NCBI GenBank assembly: GCA_009859145.1
Contig: VRVR01000017.1
Location: 1 to 61,085 of the forward strand
DNA length: 61,085 nucleotides
Reading direction: 5' to 3'
Source: Andalucia godoyi And28
Lineage: Eukaryota > Protista > Jakobida
Position 1 is the first letter of the stretch, and each line of letters opens with the position of its first letter. Position numbers and translations under genes: made by a program. Positions 40,183 through 50,153 of this stretch are shown here, one piece after another. The notes beneath the pieces are model-generated. The model was given only the letters and a program-made list of their open reading frames with translations. It was not told the origin of the DNA and searched no databases.

Positions 40183-42372
40183 ATGCAGGACGCAGATGCA
40201 CAATGCGTTCTCGGATACGGTGGCACGGTTTGTGTACCTGAATCCTGCCCAGTGGACGCCGTTGGTGTTTCGGCATCACTGCGAGGAAGCACTGGTGGTG
40301 TGGAAGATGCGAATGTGTATGCAGCCTTTCTGTTTTGTCATTCTGCATGCATCGTTGACAACGCATTTGATTCTTACGTGATTCTGTCGTTGGCTTCCAT
40401 GCGTACTGCTATTGCAGCGCAAATCCTAATGAGTTCGGAATCGGATGATGATGAAAAGATGAAGCAAGCTACGGAGTGCATCCATTCCTTTGCATTCCAC
40501 GAGTCTGCGATTCAATTCATGTGCTCCATCGGTAGTGATGCGTTGGTTGCGTTTCTGCATCCTCATCACCACAGGGTATGTACTTCCACTGCGTGTGTAT
40601 TGCGTTGAGCATCTTGCTTTGGTGTGGTTTTTCTGATGATGCGGTGGACAATTTGGTTGTTAATATATATACATGTATATACGTGTGTGTGGGGGGGTTG
40701 TGCGTATGTGGATCAGGTATTCGCGACAATGCTCGAACAGCATGCAGCTTCTGTCGTTTTGTCATATGACTTGTGCCTGGTGTTATTTCCCATTCTTGAG
40801 CGGTTTCTTGGAGACTTGCTACGCACGCTGCGTCGAGGCAGCGGCCCGTACCCGCGACTGCTTCGGGACATGCTTCTCGACAATGATCTAGCGGGCCTTC
40901 TTGGGCCCGAGCTTATCGTGCTTCTTCGCGCATTCATGGGCCATCCAGCTGCAGTGAATCTGCGGAATGTGCTGTGGCATGGATTCTGCTCCGAGAATGG
41001 AGTCCCTGAAATGTACGGGTCATTGACGGTCCTGTGCTTCCTGCTTGTGGCGCGTCAGTGCGAGAAACTTGGTCGCGTCACGATCCGTGAACTGAGAGTG
41101 GTGCCACAGATATTGGACTCTCACTTTTCCACGTCCCTTGCAGACCCGATGTTCCGTCAGTCGTGTGCTGCGTATCTGAGATCTGCGTCCCCCGTGCAAT
41201 GGAACGGCATGCGCATTCTTGAAGTGGAGGAGTGCAATCGGCTGTGTGATATGCTGCATGCTGCCGATGACCGGGGCACGAAGAAGCCGTCGGATGTCTC
41301 CTTCCTTTTGTCGTTGTTTGAACAAGTGCTTCGCCGAGTTTTTGTCCCTCTGCACAACCTGGACTCGTCGCTGCTCGTTGCACAGTCCAATTCTCTGTAT
41401 CTCACTCTGGAAGATCTGCTTGGAGTGGCCCTCCAGGAAAACACGAATGTTCTTGTCGCCAAGTGTGGGTTCTCGTGGGCTTCCTTGTGCGGAGATATCT
41501 TCGCATACGAGGATGGTGTTCGGCTGCGTGATTTGGTGGGACATGGGGAATGCGCAGCAGATGCGGTGCCACGCACCTTGCAATTCGCCGTCATCTGGCT
41601 CTTGATCCATGTAATGAAAACGGTTTCCTCGCCCAGCACCCCAGTCTGTCACAAACATGCATCCATCCCTCCCTACAGCACCCGGTTCCATCCGGTGGCG
41701 GTAGCAGAAGACCGCGTGAAGGATTGCCTGGTGCTTGTGGACGCATTTTCATCCAAAGTGAGCATGTTCACGAACTCCGTGTCGATGCGAGACGTGTATG
41801 CATCGGCTGCGGGTCACAAGAACCTGGTGTACCGCGACGGGACTGCAGCGTTTGGCGAGATCGCGGAAGCCGAGGAGTGGTCTGTCTACCTCGAGGCTCG
41901 CCGGAATGTGCTAACGGCTGGTCTTGATCGACTGCAGAGCTTTGGCACTCCGCTGCTGGATCCCAGCGTAGAAGGTCTTCGTCGACAGTCTTCCAAAACC
42001 TGGATTCGGCTTGCAACCATCTGTAGGTATGCTTGCGTGGAGCTTTCAAGTGCTTTGCGGTGGATCATGGATCGGTTTGACGGCCTCGTCAATCTGTTCA
42101 CAGAGCGCAAGGCACGCACAGCACATCGACGGTCTATTTGTGTGTACTGCTCTAGTGCACAGCTTCTTTGCATGTCTCTCCGGCTTGTGCTTCAATGTTT
42201 GAGGACATGCTCCATCATGGATTCGATCGATGCTGAGTCCGTCGAGAACCAAGTGCTGAGGCCCGTGCAGCAGCTTCGATCCTTGCTGGATTCCGTCGGC
42301 ATTGGAGGGTGCTGGAGGACCTTGATCGACCCTTCCTCGCGCTTCTTTCTCAACGCCCATAATATCCGGTAA
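40183..42372 (+). CDS. ERMARD: ERMARD/DUF4209-domain protein (2 exons: 40183-40575, 40717-42372)
   Basis: PILERFLGD, LLRDMLLD, AVNLRNVLWHGF, YLTLEDLL and DGVRLRDLVGHGE match ERMARD. The GTATGT..CAG phase-0 intron joins the two ORFs. Confidence 0.75.
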
Positions 42373-42525
42373 AAAAGACTTTTTAACCGGTTTTTTTCTG
42401 TTTGTTTGTTTGTTTGTTTTTGGAAGAGTACGCGACCAAGCCTTGAGAAGGCGTGCGGGAACATCCCACCAGAAATTGAAGAACACGGCGCGCCTACATT
42501 GCGCACTAACCACGGATAATCATCG

Positions 42526-42830
42526 CTGATCACCCATAATCAATGTTGCAGTCCAACAACATGCATAGCATGATTGGGAAGGGGGGTAGGCCCCAACACG
42601 CCCTTCGGCATGAGAGACGTTCCTAAGATAGATGTAGATGTTGCGCGCGCCGTTCCAATCGCGGTCGAGCGTGCATTTGCACGATGGGCAACAAAACACA
42701 CCTTGTTTCCCACACAACTTGCGACGCATTTCCCCCCGCAACGGCCGCACGTTTTAGACGATTGATAATCGTAGGGTCGATTGTCATGCAACACTGCAAT
42801 AGCACCAGCTAGAGCCAATTAGTATTGATA
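42526..42830 (-). mobile_element. Internally deleted, non-autonomous TnpB/Fanzor2 (IS607-type) element, copy 2
   Basis: Minus strand encodes SSKTCGRCG...GNKV/FCCPSCKCTLDRDWNGARNIY: Zn ribbon CxxC..CxxC plus RuvC-III, with a 2-nt insertion frameshift. It is followed by CGTGTTGGGGCCTACCCC, shared with copy 1. Putative end TGATCAG at 42526. Confidence 0.8.
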
Positions 42831-42946
42831 CAGTGTATCGGTGGCGGTGTTGTGCCCCATACTCGAACTCCCTTCTCCGTCACAAAAGGAAATCTCCCGA
42901 CGTTTTCTTTTCTGAAAACGATTCCTTTGGTGGCCGAAGCCCAGGA

Positions 42947-43498
42947 ATGTACTCTAGATCTTCGATCCGACGAATTTGTGCAACAGCAGTTTCGTCAGCA
43001 AGCTTCAGCAGCAGACCTGCTCCTTCCACCACCACCATTGCCACCAGCACTGTTTTTCTAGTTGTAAAGCGAGCGATGAGTTCGGCCACACCCAATGCCA
43101 CAGTCCCCGAGAAAGTCCGGATTGATGAAGAAGAGCTGAAAAAACGTATTCCCAACGACGCATTCATCGTGCTGCGACGAAAGGGGACGGAAAGGGCCTA
43201 CAGTGGCAAGTTTTACCAGGAGAAGTCCACGGGGATGTACAAGTGCGCAGCGTGTTCGAACCCGTTGTTCACGTCCGACACAAAGTTTGATTCGCACTGC
43301 GGCTGGCCTGCTTTCTACGACGCCATCAAGGGAAGCGTGGACTTCCATGAAGATGTGTCGCACGGAATGAAGCGCGTCGAGGTCACTTGCGCAAAGTGCG
43401 ACTCGCATCTCGGACATGTCTTTGACGACGGATTCGGAACCCCGACTGGTCAGCGATTCTGCATCAATTCCGTTTGCTTGGATTTCGACAAGAAGTAA
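42947..43498 (+). CDS. MSRB: Peptide methionine sulfoxide reductase B, Zn-type, Cys-containing, probably mitochondrial
   Basis: GTERAYSG, YKCAACSNPLF.S.TKFDSHCGWPAF, EVTCAKCDSHLGHVFDDG and RFCINS. R/S-rich presequence from ATG 42947. Confidence 0.95.
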   Translation: MYSRSSIRRICATAVSSASFSSRPAPSTTTIATSTVFLVVKRAMSSATPNATVPEKVRIDEEELKKRIPNDAFIVLRRKGTERAYSGKFYQEKSTGMYKCAACSNPLFTSDTKFDSHCGWPAFYDAIKGSVDFHEDVSHGMKRVEVTCAKCDSHLGHVFDDGFGTPTGQRFCINSVCLDFDKK

Positions 43499-43873
43499 GA
43501 TTTTTTGTTAACAAACCAACATCCTCTCTCTCTCCATCTCCCTCTCTCCCTCCCACCTCCAGCCGCGTGTTCATTATAAAAATACGGCATTCATCTCTCT
43601 GCATGGAAATCGAACTGCAGTCTGCATCCACAACACTCGCGCGGTTGTAAAAACAAATGCAAAGCACCCACAGACGTCATCACCAGACATTGCGGCAATC
43701 GAGTAAGGAACGAATCTATCGAGAAGACCAAGGAAAATCGTACTTTTTGCCTTTTGTCTTTTGCCTTTGCCTTTTGCCTTTTGAGCTTTGAGCTTTGAGT
43801 TTCGTTTTGTTTGCTTCGGTTAGGTTTTACGCTATATTGTTATCCGCTCCAAAGTTTGCCTGATTTGGAAAGA

Positions 43874-44968
43874 ATGTCCCAATATCCACCTCCGTATCCA
43901 GCTGTGCCGCCGCACCAGCAGTCGCAGCAACCGCAGAACCAGAACCAGAACCAGAACCAGTATGCAGCGCGGCCACAGCAGCCGCCTCCTGCTGCGCATC
44001 CCATGCATCCGCAAATCCAAGCACCGAGCTCCAACCCGTACGTATACGCTGGGTATCCGCAGCCTGGGACTCCGCAGCCAGTGCAGCCGAGTGCTTATCC
44101 ATATCCTTATCCGGGACTGTCTACAAACCCTGGTGCGGGACCGCAGAACCCTGCGCTACCAACGACTTCCACCATCGCATCTCCACCGACAGCATCCACG
44201 GATTCCTCTTCCTCGTCTACTTCTAATGTTACTCCCACTGCCACTACGGCTAACAGCAGTGGTGCTGCTGCTACTTCGGCAGGCTCTGGAACTTCGGGTG
44301 CGGTGCTTTCACCGGCTGAACAGGAGGCTCGAGATGCGGCATTGGCAGCAGACTTGCAGCGGCAGTTTGACTTGGAAGAAGCACAGGCACAGGCCCGGCG
44401 GCAGTCACAGTCGCAGCTAGCAGTTCCTTTTCCGAATTCTGGCCAGGGCCAGCCGCAGAGTGTCGGCGCACCGTCTGGGGCTCCGATTCCTGTACCAGTC
44501 CCAGCTCCAGCGGGAATTCCGCAGTCGGCTCCGGGAATCAACTTGCAGAACCCGATGGCACATGGTGGAAAGATAGCCTTCCAGAACTTCTATCCCCAAG
44601 CGTTTGGGCGGAATGTGTTTGAGCCGATTGAGTCTGTGATGGAACGTTTGAATGCGTGGATTGCTGTGAGTAATGTGTCTGTGGTGTCGATGGAGACCTT
44701 GGTTGTGCCGGCAAACCCCGTGGCAAATGTGCCGTTCTGGGTGCCAACAGGTGGAGCAGGGGTTGGCATTGGAGGGCCGTGGTATCAGGTGTTTCGCGTG
44801 TGGTACCGATCTCCCATCGGTACACCGATTGTATCCCAACCGCCAGCTCTCCAAGGGCCACCAGCGCCGCACGGCACCATCGAACACCAGCCGACCGCTA
44901 GCGGTGGTGGTGCACAGCCTCAGCCGCCACAAGCATCACCGTATGGCGGAGGTTCACCGTATGCGTGA
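43874..44968 (+). CDS. Pro/Gln-rich protein with UIM-like motif and small C-terminal globular domain
   Basis: N-terminal PPPY, central DAALAADLQRQFDLEE, and C-terminal FQNFYP...FEPIESVMERLNAWI...VVSMETLVVP...QVFRVWY. Confidence 0.75.
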   Translation: MSQYPPPYPAVPPHQQSQQPQNQNQNQNQYAARPQQPPPAAHPMHPQIQAPSSNPYVYAGYPQPGTPQPVQPSAYPYPYPGLSTNPGAGPQNPALPTTSTIASPPTASTDSSSSSTSNVTPTATTANSSGAAATSAGSGTSGAVLSPAEQEARDAALAADLQRQFDLEEAQAQARRQSQSQLAVPFPNSGQGQPQSVGAPSGAPIPVPVPAPAGIPQSAPGINLQNPMAHGGKIAFQNFYPQAFGRNVFEPIESVMERLNAWIAVSNVSVVSMETLVVPANPVANVPFWVPTGGAGVGIGGPWYQVFRVWYRSPIGTPIVSQPPALQGPPAPHGTIEHQPTASGGGAQPQPPQASPYGGGSPYA

Positions 44969-45241
44969 TGATTCTTAACAATAAAAAAACAAAACAAAAA
45001 ATCCATTCGGTGTTTTTTAATTATTATTTCCCCCCTTCTTTTTCTTTTTTCTTTCTTCTTGTCGATGATCGTTCAGGAAGGTAAACAAGAGATAAAATCA
45101 AGAGTATGGGTATCAGAGGAGGAACCGGAAATGCACGTTGGACATTTACTGTGGTATTGTTTCTAGGAGAGTTGGTGAGTAAAAGAGAGAGAGAGAAAAA
45201 TTCACGATACGGTAGCAAGGATACTATGCAATGCAAGTCAG

Positions 45242-46738
45242 CTAGCGCTTGGATGGTTTTTGTTCAGGGATGATTTCCAGTTCGTAAGGACCCATGATGA
45301 TGAGTTCCTCGCCTTCTCCGTCTGGGAGAACGGTGAATGTCTGATACGGATCGACTTGCCACTTGTACAATCTCTCTGTGATTGCAACGACAGTGACAAG
45401 GTCTTCCTGCTCTGTAAAGGACGCCTTTGCTCTGGAACCTATTCTCCAGGCCATGCCCATGCGTCGACGATACGTTTCGGCATCCACCACATAGTCTGGG
45501 ACAGATGAATCATGGCGAGCAAGCGACATGATGAGCGGTTTCCCGTGCATTTTGATTTCTGGGAAAATGAAGTCCGTCATTCGAGGATGCGTGCGACCGT
45601 GTCCTAAGCAAATGGCTTCATGCGCCGGCTCCAGAGATCGACACAAATACTCGATCACTCCGCAGGTCACATCCTGGCTCACGGTTGCGTTCAGAAACTC
45701 GATGAGTCCGGAGCGCAAAACAATGACATGTTGCTGTGCTTGGAACTTGCGGCTTCCATCCTCGAGTGGGATGAGGTCAATGCTGAAGGAATTGGACCGA
45801 TCTCTGTCATTCTGTACATTTTCCGGATCTCTCTCTTCTGACGAGCGCGGGGAGGAAGACGCGAGCGAAGATGCCGACGAAATCGTAGCCGAGCGCGGCC
45901 GCTTGGGCGATGGTGGCTTGATATCGGCCCCATTCGAGACCCCTTCAGTAGGCCGTTTGCGGGCGGTATGGGCCTTTTCAGCCGCGTCTCCATCGTCGGG
46001 AACCAGTAATTCCAAGCTCGGTAAGTCCGGCTCCGTGTCGTGAAGCGGTTGCTGTGGTTGTGGTTGTGGTTGCGATTGTGGTTGCGATTGTGGTTGCGAT
46101 TGTGGTTGTGGTTGCGGTTGTGGTTGTAGCCGCTGCGCAGAATGATGCGTGACAACATGACGAACGCCGTCAGTTGACCCGTCGGACTCGTCATACCGTC
46201 TTCCGCCAGGCATGTCCTTTGCAATTACGCGAGACAGGTCTGCCATCACAGGATCCTGCTTCCTGGGCGACACCTGCGGGACATGGGAAACCCCCGGTCT
46301 TGGCGGCGTCGTCGTCTGTGGATAATGGCCATGCTTGCTCGGCGACTCGTGCGCCAAGTTCTGCACAGCGGAAAACGCGGAATTTCCGGCAGCACTATTG
46401 CTCATCACAGGCGTGCCCATGCGATGGAACTGAGAAGCAAAAGTCATAATCTCTCGCCGAAACGAATCCAAAGCTTTGCGACAAACGCCAAGTGCAGACT
46501 CGACTGCAGAAGACGACTTTGAAACCGCTGATAACACTGATGATGAGGATGACGACGAGGACGACGATGACGACAATGACGACGATGACGACGATGACGA
46601 TGAAGACGTATTTGAAGCTTCTTGGAGCTTACTGAGCATCTCAAAACAAGATTCTGCGGTTTGCTGGAAGGTCTGCGCAAGATGCAACAACTTTTGCTCT
46701 GCAGAAAAGGACGAATTTCTAGAAACCAAAAGATCCAT
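45242..46738 (-). CDS. Hypothetical protein (Ser-rich and QP-repeat disordered N-terminus, globular C-terminal domain)
   Basis: About 498-aa open frame from ATG 46738, with a poly-Ser tract, QPQS repeats and an NLS-like PKRPR. Confidence 0.65.
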   Translation of the reverse strand: MDLLVSRNSSFSAEQKLLHLAQTFQQTAESCFEMLSKLQEASNTSSSSSSSSSSLSSSSSSSSSSSSVLSAVSKSSSAVESALGVCRKALDSFRREIMTFASQFHRMGTPVMSNSAAGNSAFSAVQNLAHESPSKHGHYPQTTTPPRPGVSHVPQVSPRKQDPVMADLSRVIAKDMPGGRRYDESDGSTDGVRHVVTHHSAQRLQPQPQPQPQSQPQSQPQSQPQPQPQQPLHDTEPDLPSLELLVPDDGDAAEKAHTARKRPTEGVSNGADIKPPSPKRPRSATISSASSLASSSPRSSEERDPENVQNDRDRSNSFSIDLIPLEDGSRKFQAQQHVIVLRSGLIEFLNATVSQDVTCGVIEYLCRSLEPAHEAICLGHGRTHPRMTDFIFPEIKMHGKPLIMSLARHDSSVPDYVVDAETYRRRMGMAWRIGSRAKASFTEQEDLVTVVAITERLYKWQVDPYQTFTVLPDGEGEELIIMGPYELEIIPEQKPSKR

Positions 46739-47184
46739 ACAAGACGTCAAAAAGGCCGTGGGGCGCTCGGAACGGGGCGGATCAGGCCGAAGCAAACAGA
46801 AGCAGAAAAAAAAAATTATACTGTGTTGTGCACGAAGAAGAACAAACAGAAACGTGGAGAAAAACGAATTGTATATTATAAAGGAGAGAACAGATGGATT
46901 GGATTTGGCGCCAAATCGGACAAATGAACAAAAGGTGCCAGAATGACCCGATGACGTCTTGTCATTCAAGTTTAAGAGGAAGGGGGGGGCGTATCTATCT
47001 AGATGTGCTTGGGGAGCTGCATCACGCACACAAACATAGAGCATCGTGCATTGGGTATCGGGAATTATGGACACGTGCCTGACAGATGGAGTGCCTCCAA
47101 TCGGGAAGCGGTAATTTACATTCTGGAGGAAGAAAAACAATTGAAGGATGGAAGTGATGGAGACTCGCGCGAACGAACGCACGG

Positions 47185-49101
47185 TTACACAGGAGACAGT
47201 TCACCAGAGGATGACAGAGGGAACGGAGCTGCTGCGTACCGGCGACAAATGTATGTGTCGACGACACCGATACCTTTGACCCTGACTGCGGGTCGGTAGT
47301 CAAACTTCACCATGAGATCCGGACGGGCGTTAAGACGGTCCATGACAGACACGGCTATCTGAAATGCTCCCGGTTCGCCCGTAGATTCCATCCGTGATGC
47401 CAGATTGCACACGTTGCCGTACACATCCCACGCGCACTTTCGAAGACCTGTGACGCCCGACATGAGCGAACCGGAGGCCGCGCCGATGCGCACATCAAAC
47501 GGATGACCGCACAAGGTGAGCGAGCCTCTGCGAACAAGGTTTTGAACCTGGAGTCCGAATTCAACTGCTCGGATAGCATGGTCCTCGCAGGGATCGGGAG
47601 CTCCAGAGACGTACAGACCGCCGTCTCCAAGTGACTTCACCTTTTCAATGCCCAAGCGGTCCGCACACTCGTCGATCTGAGAGAAAATGTCGTCGAGAGA
47701 GGCAACCAGTTCTTCTGAATCCGTCGACTCGGAGAGCGATGTGAAGTTGCAAAGGTCCAAAAATACAATGGTGCAGTCCGGTATTTTCTGATGAAATCGT
47801 CCGGTGCGCTTCAGAGTACAGACCACTGTTTCGGGAAGCATGCAATACAGCAGCGCATCGAGCTTCTGTTCTTGCTCCACCGACCGCTTCATGAGCTCCA
47901 GCGACTTGAGGTGGGACGACGACAGCGTAAAAGAAAGAATGACCTGCATTACCGCAAGTGCGAAAAATGCGGAAAAAATGACAACCACGGAGAGAAGGCT
48001 CGCGTTGACAGATGGGAGACTACTTGAAAGAACAGGACAGCTGCCACGGACAAACTGCGTTGGGCTGGCAGCCATGAAATGAAAAATGAAAAAGGCGGTT
48101 CCCAGGACAAAGGATCCTGACAAGAGCCACAGGCCAGAAGGGCATAGATAGACCATGGTGACACAAAAAATGCAAACAAGCAAGCCAAACACAGTGGAAA
48201 ACGCAACAGCATAGTAGTTCTGGACCTGGCAGAAATCGCCACGGTACGATAGTATACCCACGTGATGCATGGCAATCACTCCAATGGCGAACATCAGAAT
48301 GCAGGTTGCAAACGTAAACACTGGCATTTTGACATGCTTGCCGTACAGCTTGGAAAGATTTGGCATGACGGCACGGGATATGCATCGCAGCCGCGACTTT
48401 GTGCGGCGGTGAAGTCGCGGGGTGACGGCGGTACCGAGGGGGCTTCCATCCATCGGAGATTCCAATTCAACATCGGACTCCGAGGCAACTCGCGAGGATG
48501 GAACTTCTATGTTCAAGATTTGTGTGACACTTGCTTTCCTCCGTTCAGACGATCGAAGAAGTGCGGATTGCTGAAGTTCCAACCCTGCTTCGGAATCTAT
48601 GGAACTGACTGATACTGTGTTGTACGGAGCGACAGAGGGCCGTGAAAATGACGATGATGATGCAACTGCTGCTGCCGGGACAGGAGAATCCATCGCAAAT
48701 GATACATTCGACGACTTCTTCACAGGCCGCTTTTTGCGACATCGCAGTGCAATAAACAGCGCCCATGTTCCAAGCAGCTCAATGCTGAAGAATGATATTA
48801 GTGTGAGGACCACATCGAAACTGAATGGTATGCCGTCAAAGGATACTGCGGTCATGCCCATAAAATGCATGCAGAACACAGATATGGACGACATTGTGCT
48901 CGCAGACAACAGCAGAACAACGTCTTGCAATGTGGGTTTACTGGATAGAAAATCCAGATGAATCACTGTGCCGGCGATCTGCAACGAAGTGTATGCACCG
49001 ATGCATGACATAAACCAGCTTAGAATCAACGGCAGTGCATCGTACGTCACGCTGATTTCCGCACCGCTCTGATTGTCTCCTGTCATTTCAAAAGAAGTCA
49101 T
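47185..49101 (-). CDS. MHYT membrane-sensor domain fused to a class III adenylyl cyclase
   Basis: TM helices with CMHFMGM, AMHHVGI and IFHFMAA repeats. Cyclase motifs VFLDLCNFTSLSE, EKVKSLGDG, VRIGAASG and WDVYGNVCNLASRMES. Confidence 0.9.
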   Translation of the reverse strand: MTSFEMTGDNQSGAEISVTYDALPLILSWFMSCIGAYTSLQIAGTVIHLDFLSSKPTLQDVVLLLSASTMSSISVFCMHFMGMTAVSFDGIPFSFDVVLTLISFFSIELLGTWALFIALRCRKKRPVKKSSNVSFAMDSPVPAAAVASSSSFSRPSVAPYNTVSVSSIDSEAGLELQQSALLRSSERRKASVTQILNIEVPSSRVASESDVELESPMDGSPLGTAVTPRLHRRTKSRLRCISRAVMPNLSKLYGKHVKMPVFTFATCILMFAIGVIAMHHVGILSYRGDFCQVQNYYAVAFSTVFGLLVCIFCVTMVYLCPSGLWLLSGSFVLGTAFFIFHFMAASPTQFVRGSCPVLSSSLPSVNASLLSVVVIFSAFFALAVMQVILSFTLSSSHLKSLELMKRSVEQEQKLDALLYCMLPETVVCTLKRTGRFHQKIPDCTIVFLDLCNFTSLSESTDSEELVASLDDIFSQIDECADRLGIEKVKSLGDGGLYVSGAPDPCEDHAIRAVEFGLQVQNLVRRGSLTLCGHPFDVRIGAASGSLMSGVTGLRKCAWDVYGNVCNLASRMESTGEPGAFQIAVSVMDRLNARPDLMVKFDYRPAVRVKGIGVVDTYICRRYAAAPFPLSSSGELSPV

Positions 49102-50153
49102 ACAGGAAGCATGAACGAGCTGTGAATTCGGTAGCCGGAAAAAGCAGAAGAAGAACAGGAACAACCCACGCGTCACAGACGCAACACGAAAATAACAGTG
49201 ACAATGATGGTAGTGGTAACGATAACGATAACAACAGTGATAATAAAAATTCTAATGCGCGGGAGTTCGGTTCATAGAGATGATTTTAGACGAACAGGGA
49301 AAACGGGAGATGAAAAATGAAGCCCCTGCATGGGAGAAGCAAACGTCAGAGGTGGAAAGAACCAGCAGTCCACATATCGTCGCCATTCATCTCCCGTTGC
49401 TCATTTGGAAATGGGAACTGCTCATGCCCGAGGGATTCTGGTCGATCCACGCTGCGTGATCTCCATTACAAACGATAGCCTGTCAAACGCTGCGGTCCAG
49501 GCGAACCGCCCAATTTTGCTATGGCATTCGGCTGTGAACCAGTTTTGTCTCCCCGCCCGCAGTCCAAGCTGTTCACATCCGGATTCCCCCATGAATCATC
49601 CATGACAGTGCCTGACATGATATGGTTCACATTTTTGCTCGGAAAACTTTTCAATCTTGCTCATTCATCACCTTTTTGCTCCGACAATAAAGGGGTGATC
49701 AAAGCCAAATTTGCGCGAGTGGCGAGACAGCCGGAGGAGCAGTGTGAGGAATGGATGGACCCAAAGCAGGGAAGCGTCTTGTTTTTTTTCTGGTTTTTTG
49801 GCGTGTGTGACGAGCTGCCAAAAGGCGGGGGTCACTTGGATGCCCCTTTTTTCAGCCATGGACGCAGAAAAAGCCCCGGAGCAAACAGGCGCCGTGCGCT
49901 TCAGACATGACGAGTAACGAAAGAGCACCAGAAATCGAAAAAACCACGATTCCTCCCCGCCTCCTCCAAAAGGAAGCGCTTTACGTTGGAAGAAAAATAT
50001 ATAATAATAATCATAATAATAGGTAATTGTGGCTGCAGCGGTGGTAGTAGTAGTCGTCGTCGTCGTCGTCGTAGTGGTAGTAGCAGCAGTAGTAGTCATC
50101 GCAGCCGCAGCAGAAGCACTGGCAGTGGTGGGGGTAGTGGTAGTCGCGAGAAA

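Noticed and set aside
42947-43498. Possible selenoprotein MsrB
   Set aside because: The catalytic residue is Cys (RFCINS) and there is no in-frame TGA.
43745-43800. Short tandem units (TTTGCC changing to TTTGAG) and other periodic tracts that could be mistaken for CRISPR or telomeric repeats
   Set aside because: No unique spacers and no telomere-like context; ordinary microsatellites in a eukaryotic spacer.
49330-49910. GC-balanced spacer with an AAFDRL peptide resembling an RT motif
   Set aside because: Isolated short motif with no other RT motifs in register.
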